Part shown: positions 43,082 through 52,599 of the stretch, piece after piece
How positions within the stretch are numbered: position 1 is the stretch's first letter
How the letters are laid out: the number at the start of each line of letters is the position of its first letter
IMG/VR virus record: IMGVR_UViG_3300045120_000224
Location: 1 to 53,666 of that record
Reading direction: 5' to 3' (one strand)
Length of the DNA: 53,666 bases
DNA from: a virus
Lineage: Duplodnaviria > Caudoviricetes
Notes under the pieces: model-generated
Told to the model about the DNA's origin: nothing
Seen by the model: the letters and a program-made list of their open reading frames with translations, nothing else
The model's database searches: none
Made by a program: the position numbers and the translations under genes

Positions 43082-43204
43082 ACCCTCACCTCCGTATGCC
43101 GTGAACGGGCCCGGTGAGGGGCTCGCACACGAGACACCGGATGCCCGGTACCCACTCACCGGGCTGACGCTCGGTGCAGAACCGGGCCCGGGTGTCGTGC
43201 CCGT

Positions 43205-44080
43205 TCACGGCGCTGTGGCGGTGCCGTACCGCTCGATGTTGGCGAGCAGCTTCGCCGTCTCGTCCGCGTCGAGACCCAGGTCGATGGCCCGCTTCTCCAC
43301 GAGCTCCGGCCAGTTCTCGATCTTCGCCTCGCGCATCTGGTTCCCGATGGCGAACAGCGTGTTGTTCCGCTTCCCCGCAGGGATCGGCTTGCTCAGGTCC
43401 ACGATCAGCTGGTCCTGCATGAGTAGTACCTCCGTCTCGTCGTTGCCCTCGAGGACCGAGATGATCCTCGCGGTTGATGCGGCCGCCTTCTGCTCCCGCG
43501 CGACCAGGTCCTCGAGGACCTGGAGCGGCAGCGGCACCGGCTCACGCCCGTTCCACCGCTGCTGCGGGTGGTGGTAGACACAGCCCGTGCTACGGATGTC
43601 CACCCCCTGCTCGATGCCGATGCGGTCCCGCACCAGGGCGAAGCCCTCGGTGTGCGACCACACGTCGTCGAGCGTGTAGAACAGGTGGTACCCGTTGCCG
43701 GACTTGCTGGTCTCCGCCATCGTCAGCGGCAGTGCTCCCAGCTTCTTGGCCTCGTGCAGCCCACCGTTCTTCCCGTCGATGTCGATGCACACCATCTGCA
43801 CCGACCTCATGACGAACGCGAACTCCCACTTCCCCTTCTCATACCCGAACAGGATGCGGCGGTGGTTGAACTCGTTGCGCATGTAGCGCGGGATGAAGCC
43901 GTTCCTCGGGTCCGACTTCGGACCCTGCAGCCCCCAGCCCTGGTCGGTCCGGCCGTCAGGCCAGGCCCGCACAAGCGCCGGCCCGTTGGGACCGGACAGG
44001 GCGAGGAACGACGTCGGCAGTGGTGAGACCACGTCGTAGTCGTCACTCATCCACCAGGGTGTCGAGGATCTCTGCGTCAT
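43205..44080 (-). CDS. Bifunctional primase-polymerase (AEP prim-pol) with PriCT-like tail
   Basis: VCIDIDGKNG, ETSKSGNGYHLFY, GVDIR and GKRNNTLF motifs; AAGGAAGGA RBS. Confidence 0.85.
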   Translation of the reverse strand: MTQRSSTPWWMSDDYDVVSPLPTSFLALSGPNGPALVRAWPDGRTDQGWGLQGPKSDPRNGFIPRYMRNEFNHRRILFGYEKGKWEFAFVMRSVQMVCIDIDGKNGGLHEAKKLGALPLTMAETSKSGNGYHLFYTLDDVWSHTEGFALVRDRIGIEQGVDIRSTGCVYHHPQQRWNGREPVPLPLQVLEDLVAREQKAAASTARIISVLEGNDETEVLLMQDQLIVDLSKPIPAGKRNNTLFAIGNQMREAKIENWPELVEKRAIDLGLDADETAKLLANIERYGTATAP

Positions 44081-45437
44081 CGCTGGTTCCTTCCTTGATC
44101 GTTCGTACGAATGCGGCAGCCTCGTCCTTGAACGAGACCACCGTCCTGACTTTGCGCACCGTCTTGCCAGTCCGGAAGGACTTGCGCTCGGTGTTGAGCA
44201 GCGGAGCGAACAGCGCCAGCACGTCGGGCTCAGCCCACGTACCGAGGTCGTTCTCCTTCAGCCGCCACGACCTGAACCGTGCGATCAGGTCGGAGGCGGC
44301 GATGTCGAGCAGGCCCACCGCCCCGAGCGGGTCGGTCTCCTCCACGGCCTTGATGAACTGCAGGCCGAGGGAGTTGGCGTACATCTGGTTCAGCTGAAGC
44401 TCGATCGCCTTCGCGGTCGGCGCCAGCCTGGTGGCCACGTCCTGCTCCTGCACGTACCGGTCCACCATCAGCGACAGCAGCGCCCCGATCATCTGCGGTG
44501 TGCGCACGTACCTCTCGAAGGAGTGGTCCAGTGCGTACACGTTCGGGAACTGGAACCGCACCAGCCGCTTCTGCAGGGCCATCGACTTGTCGCTGGTCTT
44601 CGGCTCCCGGTTGAGACCCTCGATGAACAGCGCGTTGGTCGACACCATCGTGGCCGTCGACTCGTACAGCCGCCGGATCGGCACGGGTTCCCCGGCCGTC
44701 AGCGACTTCTCGTACCCGGAGTCCTTCACGTACTCCGAGCGACCGTCGTACACGATGTTGAGCAGCTTGCCGTTCAGCTCGGTGACCACCGGGTTCTGCT
44801 CCGACATCGCCTGCCGTGTCACATGGCTGACGTTGTCGGGACCGAACAGGGACTGCAGCATCTTGAGCATCAGGCTCTTGCCGTTGCGGCCCTCGCCCAG
44901 CAGCAGCACGTACTTCACCGCCGACCACCCTGGTGCCAGACAGGTAGCCAGGTGGGCCAGCAGCGACTCGGCCTCCTCGTCGGAGTCCAGCCACCCGCTG
45001 AAGATGTCGAAGACCTTGGCCTTCGCCTTCTTGTCCGTGTTCAGCATCGGCACCACCGTGTTGGGACGGAAGTCCCCGGACACGGTGACGAGGTTGCCCT
45101 CGTCGTCGAGCTCGCGCAGCCCCTGCTTGGTCCGCACGAGCAGCGAGTCCACCGTCTTGTCGATCTGGTTCGCAGTCTGCGCCACCATGAAGTCGAAGCT
45201 CGCAAGCTCCGAGTCACTGGCGAACAGCGCATCGAACTGCTCGGCCGCCAGGACCTGGATGTCCCGCCTCGTCTGTGGCAGCCAGATGGTCCGGTCGATG
45301 TCCGGAACCACCGATGTGTCCAGCGTCTCGTAGTCCGCCGGGATGTACGTCACGCCTCGATACCTGACCATGTTCGACCCCGTCGACAACCGGAAGGCGT
45401 AGGTGGCCAGCTCCTTCTTCGTCTTCAACTCCAGCAT
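44043..45437 (-). CDS. SF3 (D5-like) replicative helicase
   Basis: LLLGEGRNGKS Walker A, LNGKLLNI, KSLTAGE; adjacent to the prim-pol. Confidence 0.85.
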   Translation of the reverse strand: MLELKTKKELATYAFRLSTGSNMVRYRGVTYIPADYETLDTSVVPDIDRTIWLPQTRRDIQVLAAEQFDALFASDSELASFDFMVAQTANQIDKTVDSLLVRTKQGLRELDDEGNLVTVSGDFRPNTVVPMLNTDKKAKAKVFDIFSGWLDSDEEAESLLAHLATCLAPGWSAVKYVLLLGEGRNGKSLMLKMLQSLFGPDNVSHVTRQAMSEQNPVVTELNGKLLNIVYDGRSEYVKDSGYEKSLTAGEPVPIRRLYESTATMVSTNALFIEGLNREPKTSDKSMALQKRLVRFQFPNVYALDHSFERYVRTPQMIGALLSLMVDRYVQEQDVATRLAPTAKAIELQLNQMYANSLGLQFIKAVEETDPLGAVGLLDIAASDLIARFRSWRLKENDLGTWAEPDVLALFAPLLNTERKSFRTGKTVRKVRTVVSFKDEAAAFVRTIKEGTSDDAEILDTLVDE

Positions 45438-45464
45438 GGGAGCCGTCCTTTCATCTCTCGAATG

Positions 45465-45508
45465 AAAACGAACGGCCGGCCGGTGCCGAAGCACCGGCCG
45501 ACCGCTCG
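45465..45508 (-). terminator. Terminator-like hairpin
   Basis: CGGCCGGTGC-CGAA-GCACCGGCCG (UUCG loop on the minus strand) followed by a U-rich tail. Confidence 0.7.
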
Positions 45509-45637
45509 TCAATCCCGCTTCTGCTGGTTCCGGAGAACCTCGATCTTCCGCTCGATCAGAGCGATGTCGTCCTCCGTGATGCCTGGCCTCTCGAGCCGGT
45601 CCAGCAGCCGCGTGATTCGTGGGTCCATGTCATCCAT
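45509..45637 (-). CDS. 42-aa helical protein
   Basis: Manual translation MDDMDPRITRLLDRLERPGITEDDIALIERKIEVLRNQQKRD; GAGGAGG RBS. Confidence 0.7.
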   Translation of the reverse strand: MDDMDPRITRLLDRLERPGITEDDIALIERKIEVLRNQQKRD

Positions 45638-45709
45638 GGAACCCTCCTCTCCTACCCGTGGTCAGGCACAGTGCCTGACCCCGCCCCCGATCACGGGGTA
45701 GGAAGAACC

Positions 45710-46891
45710 TCACTGCAGTACCAACCGGAACACCCGCTTCTTCGAGGCGTTGCCGCCTACACCACGCGGCATGATCCGCCCGATCAGCTGACGCCGGAGA
45801 CTGTCGTCGTCCGTGTCGTCGATGATGATGAGGACGTCACACGCCTTGTCCAACCCATCCGTGCCGGTGGCCAGCGAAGCCGTACCGACCAGCACGTCGA
45901 ACACTCTGCCACGGAACTGACCCAGGAGCGCCAGCTTCTTCTCCTGTGTCGTGGACCCGGTCACCAGCCCGTGCGCTACCCGGTCCAGCAGCAGCCTCTG
46001 GCTGTACGCCGTAGCCACTGTGGCGTGGTTGGCGTACACGAGCGCCGGAGTCCCGAACCGCTGTAGCAGGGCGTCCACCTGTAGGTAGACGTCATGCCTC
46101 AGCAGCCCGTCGTCGTCGATCAGCGACAGCTTGACACGCTGGTGCCGCTCCTCCATCTGGCTGGCGACCACCCGCTCCTCCCTCCGGTTGAAACCGAAAC
46201 GACGGAACGCGAAGTCCAGCCTCTCGCTGACGGGCAGATCCTGCACCGTGTAGGTCAGGTCGTCCGGCAGGTAGAACACCCCGTCCAGCGCAGCCAGGTA
46301 GGCCGCGGCGTCCGGGAACGACCTGAACCCGGTGACCTTGGGCTCACGTCCGAACGGGTTCTCCTCCGTCTCGCAGTTCGCGTAGAGGAACTCGAGGTAC
46401 CCGCCCTTCGTCCCGTGCGGGTCGAGCACATGCTTGATGCAGTACACTCGCTCCGCGTCGTTGTAGTTCGGCGTCGCGGACGCCAGCACCAGCGGCGCCT
46501 GCAGGTGCCGGGCCATCGTGTCCAGCTTGACCCAGCCCTTGCCGCCGTGACCACCGAACAGGTGCATCTCGTCGGCGATCACGGCGACCTTGCGGGACAG
46601 CCGGGTGTCCGGCATCCGGAACCTCGCGTGCGACATGGGTTGCACGTCGACGTTCAGCCTCCGGCCCGTCGCCACCCACAGGTCGTGGGTGGCCGGCGGT
46701 GAGATGACGACCACCTCGGTCTGTCCCCAGACCACCATCTGCAGCAGGCCGGTGATGGTCTTGCCAGCACCGGTCTTGTAGTACAGGCAGGTCCTCGGTG
46801 CCACGCCCGCCAAGACCTGAGCACCGAGGACCGCGTCCTTCTGCCAGTCGAACAGCGGCTGGCCGAGCATCCGCTCGAAGTCCTCGATCAT
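45710..46891 (-). CDS. SF2 (DExH) helicase
   Basis: KTGAGKT, IADEMH, ASATP, TGTD and QLIGRIMPR motifs; GGAGG RBS before ATG 46891. Confidence 0.9.
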   Translation of the reverse strand: MIEDFERMLGQPLFDWQKDAVLGAQVLAGVAPRTCLYYKTGAGKTITGLLQMVVWGQTEVVVISPPATHDLWVATGRRLNVDVQPMSHARFRMPDTRLSRKVAVIADEMHLFGGHGGKGWVKLDTMARHLQAPLVLASATPNYNDAERVYCIKHVLDPHGTKGGYLEFLYANCETEENPFGREPKVTGFRSFPDAAAYLAALDGVFYLPDDLTYTVQDLPVSERLDFAFRRFGFNRREERVVASQMEERHQRVKLSLIDDDGLLRHDVYLQVDALLQRFGTPALVYANHATVATAYSQRLLLDRVAHGLVTGSTTQEKKLALLGQFRGRVFDVLVGTASLATGTDGLDKACDVLIIIDDTDDDSLRRQLIGRIMPRGVGGNASKKRVFRLVLQ

Positions 46892-47052
46892 CGGAGCCTC
46901 CGCATACAGGTACCACATGACACGGCGTCGGTGGTCTCGACCAAGGTCCAGCCACCGTGAACCTTGCAGCGTGCCACCCGACGGAACTCCGAGATCGCAT
47001 GCACCACGTTGCCGAGCTCGTTGGTCGTGGTGTTCAGCACCCGGGCGTTCAC
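46888..47052 (-). CDS. Small Cys/His protein (54 aa)
   Basis: GTGA/ATGA overlaps on both sides; H...C...CGTC. Confidence 0.6.
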   Translation of the reverse strand: MNARVLNTTTNELGNVVHAISEFRRVARCKVHGGWTLVETTDAVSCGTCMRRLR

Positions 47053-47369
47053 GACTCCGCCTTGCAGTTCTTGCAGACCCCGAAGGTCAGCACGACCCGG
47101 GTACCCCAGCGCTGTCGCGCGACGTGCCCGGTGTAGAAGCCCACCTCCGGCGGGCAGTAGGTCCGGCACCTGTCGCAGGTGCGGTCCCACAACTTCAGCT
47201 CCGCCTCGGTCGGCTCGTGGTCCAGCTCGCACATGGGCGTGACCACCAGGTTGCCGGCCTGCGCGTTGAACCCCTTGAAGAACGGGTCCATCTGCGCGAG
47301 CCGCTGGTCCACCGCGGCCACCACCCACGGTGGCTCGACGATGAGCTCACTCATCTCCTCGTCCATCAC
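47049..47369 (-). CDS. Hypothetical zinc-binding protein
   Basis: CDRC...CKNC; coupled. Confidence 0.75.
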   Translation of the reverse strand: MMDEEMSELIVEPPWVVAAVDQRLAQMDPFFKGFNAQAGNLVVTPMCELDHEPTEAELKLWDRTCDRCRTYCPPEVGFYTGHVARQRWGTRVVLTFGVCKNCKAES

Positions 47370-47572
47370 CTGCCTCCTTCCTGGTAGCCCAGTTCCCTGA
47401 GACGCTTCAGCGTCTTCTGGTGTCCGCTCGAGTTCGAGCTGAACCCGATGATGACCATGCCGTCCCGGCCGGGCCGGGTCACCTTCCAGTGACCCGACCC
47501 GTTCCGTGCGACGACGAAGCCCTGCTTCTGCAGCTTGATGATCAGCTGCCGGGTCTCGCCCCTGGCGCTCAC
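47366..47572 (-). CDS. HicA-like small protein
   Basis: LIIKLQKQGFVVARNGSGHWKVTRP fits the HicA fold; no HicB neighbour. Confidence 0.55.
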   Translation of the reverse strand: MSARGETRQLIIKLQKQGFVVARNGSGHWKVTRPGRDGMVIIGFSSNSSGHQKTLKRLRELGYQEGGR

Positions 47573-47886
47573 GCCAGGTCCCACCGCTGCGCGATGTACT
47601 CCTCCACCGACCGGGCGTGGACCATGTCCTTGCCCACCACCTGACGGAAGATGTCCAGGTATCCGGCGATGTCGTCGCTGTTGTCGGAGTAGTCCGGCGT
47701 GACTGCCGTACGCAGCAGCTTGTACCCGATCAGCATGAGCGGCACATCCTCGGCGGTGACCTCGTGTCCGAGGATCCCTGACCAGATCTGTGCCACTCGC
47801 GGGAAGGTCTCGGTCGGTGACCCGTAGACCTGCACCCGCCTGTCGATCAGCTCGTCAAGCTGGCCCCTGTCGTTGCTCTCACTCAT
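47569..47886 (-). CDS. DUF6378-like alpha-helical protein
   Basis: RVQVYGSP..TF.RVAQIWS...KLLR...DNSDDIAGY pattern. Confidence 0.7.
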   Translation of the reverse strand: MSESNDRGQLDELIDRRVQVYGSPTETFPRVAQIWSGILGHEVTAEDVPLMLIGYKLLRTAVTPDYSDNSDDIAGYLDIFRQVVGKDMVHARSVEEYIAQRWDLA

Positions 47887-47922
47887 GTGCTGGTTCCTTG
47901 TCTGTCGTTGCGGAAAGTTTTT

Positions 47923-48444
47923 CTACCGAATCACGCGCCAGGCTTTCCCGTCGAGGTTGTCACGGAGGAATCCGTAGACCACTGCGTTCAGGTCCTTGTG
48001 CTTGAGCATCCCGAACAGGGCGATGCGCCCAGCCGCGCGCAGATCCTGGTGGTGGGTGGTGGTGCCGAAGCGCCACACACCGATCAGCTCCATCAGGGGC
48101 TGACGCACCACCTTCTTGACGCCGGTGTTGTTGATGACCTCACCGTTGGTCGCAGCCTTCACGTCCTTGACGAGCTCGACCATCCTCACGTCCGTGCCGA
48201 ACGTCGACCTTGGGCGGTAGCCCTCGACGAACGTCCGCGGCCGGCTGGCACCGTTGCTCATCGCAACGATCCACTCCTGCACGCGCGGCCCCACCGGGTC
48301 GGTCTCCGGTGGCTGAGCGCCCGGTCCCTTGATGACCGTGTGGTTCACACGGATCAGCCTGGCATCGGGCATGAACTGGATCTGTACGACACCCGTGTCC
48401 ACAAGACCCGGGTCGATTCCGATGACGTGCGTAGTACGCTGCAT
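47923..48444 (-). CDS. RuvC-like Holliday junction resolvase
   Basis: VIGIDPGLVDTG, FVEG and HQDLRAA motifs. Confidence 0.75.
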   Translation of the reverse strand: MQRTTHVIGIDPGLVDTGVVQIQFMPDARLIRVNHTVIKGPGAQPPETDPVGPRVQEWIVAMSNGASRPRTFVEGYRPRSTFGTDVRMVELVKDVKAATNGEVINNTGVKKVVRQPLMELIGVWRFGTTTHHQDLRAAGRIALFGMLKHKDLNAVVYGFLRDNLDGKAWRVIR

Positions 48445-48510
48445 GGCGAAGGTTGGTTCCTTTCTTCGAGAGCCGGGCCCGCACCCCTGTTGCGGACCCG
48501 GCTCTTGTCG

Positions 48511-50625
48511 TCACTTGATGTAGCGGTATGCCGCCTTCACGTCTGCCGCCAGGGGGAACGACGTCAGCGGTCCCGGACGGGACATCATCCTCTCGAGTGC
48601 GGCACGCACCTCGTTCAGATCCCAGGTGCCCGGCCTCCAGTCCAGGACCAGCTCGTCATGGAACTGCCCGACCAGCCCGACCTGCCCACCAGTGGTGGAG
48701 CAGTACGTGGCGACGTCGACCATCGCCATCATGAACAGCTCCCGACACAGGGACTGTGTCAGGATCCCGGCGAGCTTCCCACCGTAGAGCTCGTACCACC
48801 TGACCTGCTTGGTCTTCGGGTCCACGAAGTGGGACTTCCACACCGGACCGGTCTTCCTCTCGGTCGGCCGGTAGTAGCTGATGTTGCGGCCACGGACATA
48901 GCACCCGTGGAAGTACCGCTTCAACAGCACGGTGCCCTCGTTGCCTCGCTGGCTGCGGACCTGCATCTCCACCGAGATCGTCGCAGGGTGCAGCTTCTTC
49001 AGCGACGCAGGCACAGGCACCGCCTTGAGGATCAGCTCGTACCCGTCCTCGAGGCCGAGCCTCTCGGACGGGCTGCCGTCCTCCACCACGTTGTGGATCA
49101 TGTGGTTCAGCACGGTCCAGAAGTCCACGATGCGGGGGTTGGCCTCACGCCAGTTCCGCACCAGGTCAGCCGACTCCGCCTCGGTCATCTCGATGCCCAT
49201 GTTCAAGGCGAACGCCTGTACCGCACCCGGTCCCGCACCGTACCCACACGACAGCTCGCCGGTCTTGCCGACCTGCCGCTGCGCGGGTGTCACACTGTCG
49301 ATGTCGGTCACGTTGTAGATCCGCATGGCCTGCACCTTGTACAGGTCCAGCCCCTGACGGTAGGCCGAGAGCTTCCACTGCTCGTCGGCCAGCCACGCCA
49401 GGCCCCTGCTCTCCACGGACTTGAAGTCGCCCACGATCAGACGACCGTTGGGGTCGCTGGCCGTGAACACCTGGCGCAGGTTCTGCGCCAGCTTCGTGTT
49501 GCTCCACTCCGAGTCCGGGTCGAGCAGGTCGTCCATGTCCTGCACCACCTCGAGACGCTTGAGGTTCTGCATCTGGACCGACCGACCCGTGGTGCGCAGC
49601 GTCTGCCCCGCACCACAGTGGATGTACTGGTCCTTCAGCCTGTGCCGGCCAGGCCGCCACAGATCCTCGCTCGACGTGTCGAGGATGACGGCCAGCTTCT
49701 TCAGGCTGGAACCACCGAGCATCTGCTTCGTCTCCAGCAGAGCCAGCACCTCGGAGTAGTGCCTCTGCTTGTCGTGGTACTGATCGAGCGGCATGGTGCC
49801 CAGCTTGTTGATGATCCTCCGCTTCAAGGACTCGACGTGCTTCTCGTCGAAGCTGCGCGCCCTGACGCCACGCTCAGCACACCACTCCTTCAACTGCTTG
49901 AGGCTGTTCAGGTTCAGGTCGAACGCATCGTTGTCCACCCTGAACTTCTGCAGCGCCACGTCCTGGTTCTCCAGGTAGCGGCGCTGCATCTCCTCCACCA
50001 AGGGCACGTCCACGCACCAGCCGGTGGCGTTCATGTCCATGGTGACGTGCATGTACTTCAGCTCCTGCACCGTCAGCCTGCCCAGGTAGCCATGCACGAT
50101 GCCCAGCCCCAGCTCCGCATCCACGTCGCAGTAGTGGCCGTACTCGTTCCACTCGTCCGGGTGGTCACGCACCACCTGCGGGTCGAACAGCGGTGACCCG
50201 CTCTCCTCCTGGTACTTGCCCGGGAAGGAGAACAACCGCATCAGGTTCTTCCCCGACTCGAGCTTGTCGTTGTCCAGCAGCTGAGGGGCAGCAGCCTCCA
50301 GCTTCCCGGCGGCGCCGGCGGCACGCGCCACCACCGCCGAGTCGATGAACCTCGACGACGGCAGGCTGATACCGATGTGGTTCAGCACCGCCTGCTCGAA
50401 CCCTGCGTTGTGCGCAATGACGGTGTTCGAGCCGATGCCCTGACGCAGGAGCCGGACCGAGGTCGAGTAGTCCTCGACGAAGTCCAGCCGTGTCGTGCCG
50501 TAGTCCTCGACGAAGCTGGCGATCAGCGGCGTGAACGACTTGTCACCCACGTAGCGGGCGAGCCCGTGACGTGGCAGATCCACAGCACCGTAGGTCTCGA
50601 AGTCGAGACCGACGTAACCACTCAT
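48511..50625 (-). CDS. DNA polymerase family A with 3'-5' exonuclease domain
   Basis: LDFETY, AHNAGFE, YCDVD exonuclease motifs; GDFKSVESR (A), RQVGKTGELSCGYG (B), FHDE (C). Confidence 0.95.
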   Translation of the reverse strand: MSGYVGLDFETYGAVDLPRHGLARYVGDKSFTPLIASFVEDYGTTRLDFVEDYSTSVRLLRQGIGSNTVIAHNAGFEQAVLNHIGISLPSSRFIDSAVVARAAGAAGKLEAAAPQLLDNDKLESGKNLMRLFSFPGKYQEESGSPLFDPQVVRDHPDEWNEYGHYCDVDAELGLGIVHGYLGRLTVQELKYMHVTMDMNATGWCVDVPLVEEMQRRYLENQDVALQKFRVDNDAFDLNLNSLKQLKEWCAERGVRARSFDEKHVESLKRRIINKLGTMPLDQYHDKQRHYSEVLALLETKQMLGGSSLKKLAVILDTSSEDLWRPGRHRLKDQYIHCGAGQTLRTTGRSVQMQNLKRLEVVQDMDDLLDPDSEWSNTKLAQNLRQVFTASDPNGRLIVGDFKSVESRGLAWLADEQWKLSAYRQGLDLYKVQAMRIYNVTDIDSVTPAQRQVGKTGELSCGYGAGPGAVQAFALNMGIEMTEAESADLVRNWREANPRIVDFWTVLNHMIHNVVEDGSPSERLGLEDGYELILKAVPVPASLKKLHPATISVEMQVRSQRGNEGTVLLKRYFHGCYVRGRNISYYRPTERKTGPVWKSHFVDPKTKQVRWYELYGGKLAGILTQSLCRELFMMAMVDVATYCSTTGGQVGLVGQFHDELVLDWRPGTWDLNEVRAALERMMSRPGPLTSFPLAADVKAAYRYIK

Positions 50626-50637
50626 GACTCCCCCTTC

Positions 50638-51366
50638 CTAGAGACCGAGCATCTCGTTCTCGTCGACGATCGGTGGATACAGCATGGACATCATCGCCGG
50701 GCACAGCGGCTTGCCCTTCAACCCACGACCATGTGGGTTGGCAGGGCAGAACTTGCAGTGGTCCGACGGGCCGAACGCGGTGTCGCCCTTGGCGATGGCA
50801 GCCTCGGCACGCCGAGCCTTGTCCATGAACGCGGCGATCGTCGCCGTGTCCGCGAACCACGACGTGTTGCCGTTGGCCCACGGCTGCAGGATGTGAACCA
50901 TCACACCCTTCGCCTTCGGTGCCAGCCGGCCAACGGTCGCTGCGTAGAACAGCAGCTGCTCGTTGTCCACAACCTCGACCGGGATCTTCCCGGTCTTCAG
51001 GTCCAGCACATGGATCTCGTCAGCCACATACAGACCCAGGTCGATCGTGGTCTGCGGGTTCGTGGCCAGCCAGGTAGCCGTGAACGTCTGCTCGATCATG
51101 ACCTTGAACCTGCGGGTGCGCCGCAACGTGGCGACGTAGTCGATGGCCTCGGCCATCTTCGCCATGTCGGTGGCACCCAGCTCCATGACCGCGGCGAACA
51201 TCTCGTGCATGGCAGAGCCACGGTTCGCTGCGTTGTCCGCCGTCGGGTCCTTGACCGGCGGCACCCAGTGCGGGATCGCCAGCCCCAGGTTGGCCGAGGC
51301 ATGGCACGTCATGTGCCGGCCGGCCACACTGGCGCTGAACCTCTCAGGCGTGGGCGACTGAGTCAT
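50638..51366 (-). CDS. Cas4-like PD-(D/E)xK exonuclease
   Basis: N-terminal Cys, RGSAMHE, ID...DLKTG, QLLFYA, HCKFC...C; AAGGTGG RBS before MTQSP. Confidence 0.85.
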   Translation of the reverse strand: MTQSPTPERFSASVAGRHMTCHASANLGLAIPHWVPPVKDPTADNAANRGSAMHEMFAAVMELGATDMAKMAEAIDYVATLRRTRRFKVMIEQTFTATWLATNPQTTIDLGLYVADEIHVLDLKTGKIPVEVVDNEQLLFYAATVGRLAPKAKGVMVHILQPWANGNTSWFADTATIAAFMDKARRAEAAIAKGDTAFGPSDHCKFCPANPHGRGLKGKPLCPAMMSMLYPPIVDENEMLGL

Positions 51367-51718
51367 CGGAGACCACCTTCGCCTTGATGGTGAAGGGCCA
51401 CTCACCCACGGGCAGCCGCTTGTTCTGTGCCATCAGCACGAACAGCGGGAACGTCTTCGACTGCACCTCGAGCATGACGTCGCCGTCCTGCTCGGTGATG
51501 AGCACGTCGACCACGGGCTGCGCCTTGCGCAGCGTGTTGACCAGGCAGCCCTCGAAGTACACGCCGTCCTTCACCTCGATGGTGAAAGCCGATGCGTCGG
51601 TGAACGTCACGTCCACCGCCGGCACACCGGTGTTGCTCTCGTGCTGCGGCCTGATGCCGTACAGCGTCTTGCCGGCGAACAGGTCTCGCCACTGCTTCTC
51701 GATCTCCTCGATGACCAT
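51344..51718 (-). CDS. Hypothetical protein (124 aa)
   Basis: AAGGAG RBS before MVIEEIE. Confidence 0.8.
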   Translation of the reverse strand: MVIEEIEKQWRDLFAGKTLYGIRPQHESNTGVPAVDVTFTDASAFTIEVKDGVYFEGCLVNTLRKAQPVVDVLITEQDGDVMLEVQSKTFPLFVLMAQNKRLPVGEWPFTIKAKVVSDDSVAHA

Positions 51719-51748
51719 GCGCTTATCTCCTTGTCGGTATGAATGGAA

Positions 51749-51784
51749 CGGCCGGGCCCCGCGACGCCCCGCGGGGCCCGGCCG
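51749..51784 (-). terminator. 15-bp GC hairpin after SSB
   Basis: CGGCCGGGCCCCGCG / CGCGGGGCCCGGCCG perfect stem. Confidence 0.65.
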
Positions 51785-51788
51785 CTGA

Positions 51789-52469
51789 TCAGTCGGCGAA
51801 GATCTCGTCCTCGTCGACGGTGGTGCCACCACCGATGCGCTCGCCGTCCGCCTTGAACACCGCCACGCTGGCACCGGCACTGAAGCCGGGCAGCTTGCCG
51901 TTGTGGTAGGCGTACAGGTTGAGCGTCACCGCGACGTACGCTCCCGCGTACATCTGGTGAACGGTCTGGCCGATCGGCCGGACCACCGGGAACGACAGCA
52001 GGTCCGGCTCCGGGACCAGCAGCTCGTTCTCACCGGCAACGATGGCGCGGAGCTCGATGTCCGTGCCCTTGTTGCCGATCACCTTCACCGTTGCCACGGC
52101 CTCCGGCGCCAACGGCACCGTCTTCTCGTGGACCGGCTTGATCGGCGTGTTGTACACGCCGTCGAAGGTGGCCGACTTGATCTGCTTGATCAGGTCGTCC
52201 GCCTCCTTCTTGGTGAGCGTGTCCCGCTTCTCACCCGCCGCGTCCTGCTGCACGCAGTACGGCATGAACACCGTCTCCACGTGGGTACGCAGCTTGTCGA
52301 GCTGAGCCTGCTCGACGAGCAGCTGGAAGTCGGGCGCTGCCGAGGCAACGTCCGCCGCCGGGTACTTCCCCTTCTGGCTCCGGTCGTAGGCGGCCTGAGC
52401 CGTCCACGTCGGGAACGACAGGCGACCGTAAATGGTCACCGTCTTCGGGGACTTCTGCTGAGCAGCCAT
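51789..52469 (-). CDS. ssDNA-binding protein (T7 gp2.5-like)
   Basis: GRLSFP, MYAGAYV, DGERIGG and acidic-aromatic tail DEDEIFAD; sits upstream of the exonuclease and polymerase. Confidence 0.75.
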   Translation of the reverse strand: MAAQQKSPKTVTIYGRLSFPTWTAQAAYDRSQKGKYPAADVASAAPDFQLLVEQAQLDKLRTHVETVFMPYCVQQDAAGEKRDTLTKKEADDLIKQIKSATFDGVYNTPIKPVHEKTVPLAPEAVATVKVIGNKGTDIELRAIVAGENELLVPEPDLLSFPVVRPIGQTVHQMYAGAYVAVTLNLYAYHNGKLPGFSAGASVAVFKADGERIGGGTTVDEDEIFAD

Positions 52470-52599
52470 GCTGGCTACCCCTCTCTCTAGTTGGATACGG
52501 ATTGTTGCGGCCCCTCGCACGCGCGAAAAGTTTTTCGCTGATGCGCGGGAAGTCTGGCCCACTCCCGCCAAGGACAGGCACCTGGCGGGAGCGGGTGTC

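Noticed and set aside
43098-43211. tRNA gene
   Set aside because: Branched structure lacks T-loop and D-loop consensus and tRNA stem lengths; no tRNA was recognised anywhere in the window.
50638-51366. Cas4-like gene as evidence of CRISPR-Cas
   Set aside because: Solo Cas4-like exonucleases beside SSB and polymerase are routine in phage replication modules.
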